From the NCBI GenBank assembly GCA_030666985.1, contig DAOUWT010000002.1, forward strand, positions 1-38,585: a stretch of DNA of 38,585 bases, read 5' to 3'. The stretch is from Chloroflexota bacterium. GTDB taxonomy: Bacteria; Chloroflexota; Anaerolineae; Anaerolineales; UBA11858. Shown one piece after another: positions 33,802 to 38,585 of this stretch; within the stretch, counting starts at the first letter, position 1, and each line of letters begins with the position of its first letter. The position numbers and the translations under genes are program-made. The notes under the pieces were generated by a model. That model did not search any database, was not told where the DNA came from, and saw nothing but the letters and a program-made list of their open reading frames with translations.

Positions 33802-33886
33802 TCACCTTGGACTCTCCCATCATTTCAAAGTGGTATTTATCCCTATTCTTGTTTTCCAGGACAGCACTGCAAGTTATCGTTACCAT
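33802..33886. repeat. copy B of the diverged ~85-bp direct repeat
   Basis: See 33031..33115. It lies between the Toprim-like gene and the BrnT remnant. Confidence 0.7.
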
Positions 33887-34054
33887 CCACGAATTAGAGC
33901 ACGAATACTCGAATGGGTGGCCGTACAGTATTCGTTTTGCTCTGCACGCCCTTGGCGTTCGTGTTTTATTCGAGGATGGCCTCCTGCCCCAGCAGACTAC
34001 CACTCTGAGATACCCTGCTATTACTTTTGCCCCCTATTGGCTTAGTACGACAGT

Positions 34055-34684
34055 TTATGCATTAAACAACCGGTTCAGCCAATCCACAAACTTTTGTGCA
34101 AGCGGCTGATTATGTTGCAATGCATGTGCAGTTATGGCTAACCCCATAGGCTGACCAGGTGTTTCTTGCCAAGCCAACCATGTATGGATAAAAGCTTTCT
34201 GGTGATGCAAAGACGAATACCTGTTCAGATTTTCGTTTTCAATTTCCCGCAAAATATCTTCGGCTTTGGGTTTCAGGTCATCGTCATCTGGGATTAATTC
34301 TGCGACAAAGTCTTCCAACATTCCTGGTAAATGATTGTTCGGCATTATCCAAATGCCAACTCGAGGCATTTGATCCGATTCAATGATAGTCCCATTTGGA
34401 TTAGGCCCATCAGGAAGGTTTGAATACCCAGCCTGTCTCAAACGCTCACATACAGCGTCCCATCTACTCTCTATATCCTGGTCTGCATCCAGAACAATGC
34501 CAAGAGCATTGAGTTTAGACTGCTTTAGCCTAACCGCAATGCCTTCAAGCAAAGCATCTACACCGCCTTTATCTTCCCCTGGTTCCTCGACAGAAAAATT
34601 TTCCAGCACTTGATATTGCTCACATAAAGCCCAAACAACATGTTTATCATTTTTACCTTCAACGAGCAGTTCTGCGTTTAGCAT
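34055..34684 (-). CDS. small Toprim-like protein (DUF4276/DUF3226/DUF4435-like; family unresolved)
   Basis: 209 aa. The N-terminal 'AELLVEGKNDKHVV' fits the Toprim Glu motif, and 'GIVLDADQD' about 55 aa later fits DxD. Its ATG overlaps the ATPase stop as TGATG. Confidence 0.7.
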   Translation of the reverse strand: MLNAELLVEGKNDKHVVWALCEQYQVLENFSVEEPGEDKGGVDALLEGIAVRLKQSKLNALGIVLDADQDIESRWDAVCERLRQAGYSNLPDGPNPNGTIIESDQMPRVGIWIMPNNHLPGMLEDFVAELIPDDDDLKPKAEDILREIENENLNRYSSLHHQKAFIHTWLAWQETPGQPMGLAITAHALQHNQPLAQKFVDWLNRLFNA

Positions 34685-35778
34685 CAGCGCACCTCTATAT
34701 CTTGTTCTACAGCAATGCTCAATTCATCAACGGAGTAAGGCACTTCTCCAATCTGCTCGTCTATTCTCTCGATGCGAATTAACCGACCAAAATCAGGATT
34801 TTCAAATTCAACAAGTGCTTCCTGGAAAGCTTTAACGCAATCCCAGCTATGAGTAGTAGCAAAAACTTGTACATCTTGTTTGGATGCTGTCTGAAAAATT
34901 AGTCGCCACATATCCTTGAGTGTTGCATAATAAAGCCCTGTATCTATTTCGTCAACAAGCAATGTTCCGCTGCCAACATTCACTAACGAGGCTATTATTG
35001 CCAAAATACGCCGCATTCCATCCCCCATACTCCCAAGGGGTATTGGTTCATCTTTATCATCCAACTTAAGTAGGACTCCACTATTAGAGGTCTGCCGGCT
35101 TGTAAAACTGAGCCGCTTTACTTTTGGTTCAAGTATTTGTAGAGCATCAACAATCTTATCCTCTTTTTCTGTCAAGGTAATACCATCCCATAGAACTGCC
35201 AACTCATCGTATCCAAGATGATTTGTAGTAATCAGTTTGGAAATCTCAGATGGTATGGGAGTATTCCTTGTATACATCCTGTGGTCAGGAATTAGGCCAT
35301 CTACATCTAAAAGCAATGATGATTCTTTCTTTTTTGGAGATGTAAATTTAGAGTGTTCAAAAACAAGGCGATGCTCAAGTTCTCCTATTTCCGAGCCATC
35401 TTCGTCAAACAAGGATAGCTGAGTAGTATCTTCTTCATGCAAGGAAATCTTAAGACTAATTTTCTGATCATTCTTTGAAGAAATTATAATCGCTTGTCCA
35501 TACTCCAGTGAATGCCCGTTAAAAATATGCGAAACTTGATAACCACCACGAGTATCTGTTTTATAACGGTTAATTATTCTTGGAATATACTCGCCTCTTT
35601 CGTGCAACAGGTGTATTAAACTTGAACGAACATCATCGCTTGTTAAAAGATGAATCGCTTCTAATAAACTGCTTTTGCCAGAATTATTCGTTCCAACAAT
35701 CAAATTCACCTTAGCCAAAGACGATATTTCAAAATCTTCAAACAATCGATATTTTTGAATTCTCAAATTATGTAACAT
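34684..35778 (-). CDS. ABC-type (AAA_21/OLD-N-terminal-like) ATPase
   Basis: 364 aa with Walker A 'IVGTNNSGKSS', a signature-like 'LGSMGDGMRR', Walker B 'TLLVDEIDTGL' and H-loop 'ATTHS'. A long insert separates Walker A from the signature, as in RecF/SMC/OLD-type ATPases. Confidence 0.85.
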   Translation of the reverse strand: MLHNLRIQKYRLFEDFEISSLAKVNLIVGTNNSGKSSLLEAIHLLTSDDVRSSLIHLLHERGEYIPRIINRYKTDTRGGYQVSHIFNGHSLEYGQAIIISSKNDQKISLKISLHEEDTTQLSLFDEDGSEIGELEHRLVFEHSKFTSPKKKESSLLLDVDGLIPDHRMYTRNTPIPSEISKLITTNHLGYDELAVLWDGITLTEKEDKIVDALQILEPKVKRLSFTSRQTSNSGVLLKLDDKDEPIPLGSMGDGMRRILAIIASLVNVGSGTLLVDEIDTGLYYATLKDMWRLIFQTASKQDVQVFATTHSWDCVKAFQEALVEFENPDFGRLIRIERIDEQIGEVPYSVDELSIAVEQDIEVR

Positions 35779-35994
35779 GTGAATTTTCCCTATATCTAAA
35801 ATTGTCTTCCATTATTTAATCTATACTAGTGTACCAGATTTTCTAATTTTTGTTGTACTAGAAAAAATTCGGTATAATACTTCTACGAGTCATTTTCAAA
35901 TCACTTCCTATCACCTACGCACCCACAACATTCTCTTTGTAGTATAAGCCATTTCCAATCCAACTGTCAAGCGACTAATCCCCGAGGCCAACCC

Positions 35995-38585
35995 ATGCCC
36001 CGCTCCCCCCTCACACACCTCAGAAACCTCATACTCCTCACATCCCTCACACTCCTCATCCTCACCCCCGCCCACGCCGCCACCACCTGGCAAGAGGACT
36101 TCAACGCCCCCTCCCTTGACGGCAAAGGCGCCACGGGCAGCACCATCGACATGGACGGCGTCACCAAATGGAACATCGACATCAGCGGCGCCGACCTGAG
36201 CGCCACAACCGACTGGTTCCGCGTGGAGGGCGAAGTTTTCGAGGGCCGCGACCTGGACGGCCCCGCCGTGTGGGAATCGGAATCAATTGACATTTCGGGC
36301 CTCTCCGGCGTCAGCTTTAGCCTGGATGCCGCAGAATCGGGCGACCACGAAAGCGATGACTACTTTGACGTTTATTACAGTCTCGACGGCGGGGCGTTCA
36401 CCCTCATTGCCAACTGGAACGGGCTGGGGAGCGGCACTCACACTCTCGTGGGCGACATCCCCGACGACGGCGACTGGGGCACAACCACCATCACCCAGGC
36501 CGTATCCGGCAGCACGCTAAAAATCAAGGTGGTGATGAAAAATGATGCCGGCACCGAATATCTCCGTCTGGACAATGTGCAAGTTCTGGATGACACCACC
36601 CTCACCCCCATTTACGACATCCAGCACACCACCGACCCCAGCGGCGACTCTCCCCTCGCGGGGCAAAATGTCACCACCTCTGGCGTGGTCACAGCCGCTT
36701 TTGGGGATGGCTACTTCATTGAAGACCCGGCCGGCGGCGCCTGGAACGGCCTCTTCGTTTACGACCAAGCGCTCATGAGCGCCGCCAACCCTCCCACGCG
36801 GGGCGACCTCGTCCAGGTTACGGGAACAGTGGCGGAATTCAACAACCTCACCGAGCTGACCACCATCACCGGCTATACCCTTGTCTCCAGCGGCAACCCC
36901 CTCCCCGTGCCGGAAATTCTATCCACCGGGGATGTGGCCCAAGAGCAGTGGGAGGGCGTCCTCGTCCGCGTGGAAGTTGTCACCGTCACCGACCATAATC
37001 TGGGATTTGGCGAATGGGCCATTAACGACGGGAGCGGCAATATCCGCGTGGACGACAAGGGCAGCTACACCTACACCCCCGTCACCGGCGACACGCTCCA
37101 AAGCCTCACCGGCCCCGTGGACTACACCTACGATAACTTCAAAATTCAGCCCCGCGACGATGCAGACATCCAACCCGCCGCCAACTTGGTCATTAACGAA
37201 ATTCACGCCGACCCGGCCCCCGATTTGCCCGGCGACGCCAACGGGGATGGTGTGCGGAGCAGCAGCGCAGACGAATTTGTAGAGATCGTCAACAACTCGG
37301 TTTGGGATGTGGATATTTCGGGCTGGACATTGGCGGATGCCTCCGCCGTGCGGCACACCTTCCCGCCGGGGACGGTTATCCCTAGCCACTGCGGGATAGT
37401 TATCTTTGGGGGAGGAACTCCCACGGGAGATTTCGGCCAATCCCTCACGCAAACGGCCAGCAGCGGCGCCCTGAGTCTCAACAACGGCGGGGACACTGTC
37501 ACCCTCAACGATGGGGGTGGCGACCACGCTGTGGTTACGTTTGGCGCTGAGGGTGGGGACAACCAAGCCCTTAGCCGCTACCCAGATGTGACCGCGCCTC
37601 TGTTTTGGAAACACGCCGAAATCAAGGCATCCGCCGGGGCACTTTTCTCCCCCGGGACGATGGTGGACGGTACCCCCTTTGTGGGATGCTCATCCCCCGG
37701 CTACACGCCCATCTACGAGGTTCAATATCCCCCCGACACGAACGGCGACTCCCCCCTGGCGGGGCAAAGCGTGACCACCGGGGGCATAGTCACGGCCACG
37801 TTTTACAGCGGATATTTCGTTCAGGACTCCGGCGGAGGGGCGTGGAGCGGGGTGTGGGTGCATGACGGTGTCAACGTTCCCCACGTGGGAGACCGCGTGC
37901 GGCTAACCGGAACCGTGGACGAATACTTCGCCCTCACCGAGTTGGATTCCATCTCCGATTTCGAGATTTTATCCAATGACAACGCCCTCCCCGCACCCGA
38001 AGTTTTGCCCACCGGGGACGTCTCCCAAGAAAGGTGGGAGGGCGTGTTGGTGCGCGTTGAAACAGTCACCGTCACCGATGCGGATTTAGGCTTTGACGAA
38101 TGGGCCGTCAGTGATGGGGGCGGCGATGCGCGGATTGGCGATAAAGGCACTTACACCTACACGCCCGCCAACGGCGATAACCTGGATGCTGTGACCGGGC
38201 CGCTAGACTATTCTTATGGGAATTTCAAGATTCAGCCTCGAAATGATGGGGACATTCATCTGCCGGCCACCGTGATAATAAATGAGGTCGATGTTGACCA
38301 AGCCGGGGTTGATGGAGCTGAATTTATAGAACTATATGATGGCGGTGAAGGAAATACCGATTTAAGCGGCATGGTCATGGTGTTTTTCAATGGCTCCGAC
38401 GATGCCTCTTACCGCTCCATTGACCTGGATTTGTGGAGCACGGGTTCTACGGGCTATTTTGTGGTTTGTGGAAATAAAGCCAACGTCCCCCATTGTGATT
38501 TAGAATCTGTTTCAAACTTGCTCCAAAATGGACCGGATGCCGTGGCCCTTTACGAGGGCGATGCGGCCGATTTTCCCAACGATAC
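35995..38585 (+). CDS. secreted multidomain protein with duplicated OB-fold-like + lamin-tail-domain modules (ExeM/NucH-like N-terminal architecture), partial
   Basis: This open frame runs from ATG 35995 to the window end and is not in the ORF track because it has no stop. The signal peptide is 'LILLTSLTLLILTPAHA'. Two modules begin 'TPIYDIQ...SPLAGQNVTTSGVVTA' and 'TPIYEVQ...SPLAGQSVTTGGIVTA'. Each is followed by an LTD-like segment ('LVINEIHADP...DEFVEIVN...DISGWTL' and 'VIINEVDVDQ...AEFIELYD'). Confidence 0.85.
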   Translation, partial: MPRSPLTHLRNLILLTSLTLLILTPAHAATTWQEDFNAPSLDGKGATGSTIDMDGVTKWNIDISGADLSATTDWFRVEGEVFEGRDLDGPAVWESESIDISGLSGVSFSLDAAESGDHESDDYFDVYYSLDGGAFTLIANWNGLGSGTHTLVGDIPDDGDWGTTTITQAVSGSTLKIKVVMKNDAGTEYLRLDNVQVLDDTTLTPIYDIQHTTDPSGDSPLAGQNVTTSGVVTAAFGDGYFIEDPAGGAWNGLFVYDQALMSAANPPTRGDLVQVTGTVAEFNNLTELTTITGYTLVSSGNPLPVPEILSTGDVAQEQWEGVLVRVEVVTVTDHNLGFGEWAINDGSGNIRVDDKGSYTYTPVTGDTLQSLTGPVDYTYDNFKIQPRDDADIQPAANLVINEIHADPAPDLPGDANGDGVRSSSADEFVEIVNNSVWDVDISGWTLADASAVRHTFPPGTVIPSHCGIVIFGGGTPTGDFGQSLTQTASSGALSLNNGGDTVTLNDGGGDHAVVTFGAEGGDNQALSRYPDVTAPLFWKHAEIKASAGALFSPGTMVDGTPFVGCSSPGYTPIYEVQYPPDTNGDSPLAGQSVTTGGIVTATFYSGYFVQDSGGGAWSGVWVHDGVNVPHVGDRVRLTGTVDEYFALTELDSISDFEILSNDNALPAPEVLPTGDVSQERWEGVLVRVETVTVTDADLGFDEWAVSDGGGDARIGDKGTYTYTPANGDNLDAVTGPLDYSYGNFKIQPRNDGDIHLPATVIINEVDVDQAGVDGAEFIELYDGGEGNTDLSGMVMVFFNGSDDASYRSIDLDLWSTGSTGYFVVCGNKANVPHCDLESVSNLLQNGPDAVALYEGDAADFPND

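Noticed and set aside
33031-33886. Integron attC sites / gene-cassette array interpretation of the 85-bp repeats flanking small promoterless genes
   Set aside because: The repeats lack the inverted R''/L''...L'/R' core sites (RYYYAAC...GTTRRRY) and do not fold as a hairpin. No intI gene is present.
33740-34003. 87-aa minus-strand ORF and the 71-100-aa plus-strand ORFs (33807..34109, 33830..34045) downstream of the Toprim-like gene
   Set aside because: Both strands are open over the same stretch. The translations are Cys/Trp/Arg-rich outside the 85-bp repeat. I kept only the repeat itself as an observation.

Overview
38.6-kb chromosomal window, mostly housekeeping genes. Gene content and protein signatures look Chloroflexota/Anaerolineae-like, but that is inference only. 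I call about 31 CDSs. These include dnaG-rpoD, an RHH-like/HNH pair, dedA, a DsbA-cyclophilin fusion lipoprotein, an HExxH membrane protein and three membrane-anchored TPR proteins. They also include a stand-alone groEL with a CIRCE-like operator, a CcrM-like orphan adenine methyltransferase, cinA (N-terminal part only), a DAO-family FAD oxidoreductase and a complete livJHMGF branched-chain amino-acid ABC operon. The remainder are a Zn-dependent dehydrogenase, a GH1 beta-glucosidase, RNase J, pcm, an M42 peptidase, a hotdog thioesterase and a partial secreted OB-fold/lamin-tail-domain protein that runs off the 3' end. No rRNA, tRNA, CRISPR array, transposase or integrase was seen. Three things stand out. 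(1) A visibly AT-richer island at about 32.85-35.99 kb carries a translationally coupled ABC/AAA_21-type ATPase and a small Toprim-like protein. This is a candidate two-gene anti-phage module with PARIS/AbiL/split-OLD logic whose family is unresolved, and it sits next to decayed toxin-antitoxin remnants. (2) Almost every intergenic gap outside the island is filled with short tandem arrays of 7-10-nt units (STRR-like), often as inverted pairs. These arrays create spurious ORFs and false N-terminal extensions. (3) Several unexplained structured or repeated non-coding elements are present. These are a ~150-nt rod-plus-Y element at 18.09-18.24 kb, a 127-bp tandem duplication upstream of the methyltransferase, a hairpin family with compensatory arm changes, and a promoter-to-terminator unit upstream of rnj. 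All family assignments come from motifs read by eye. No database search was possible.
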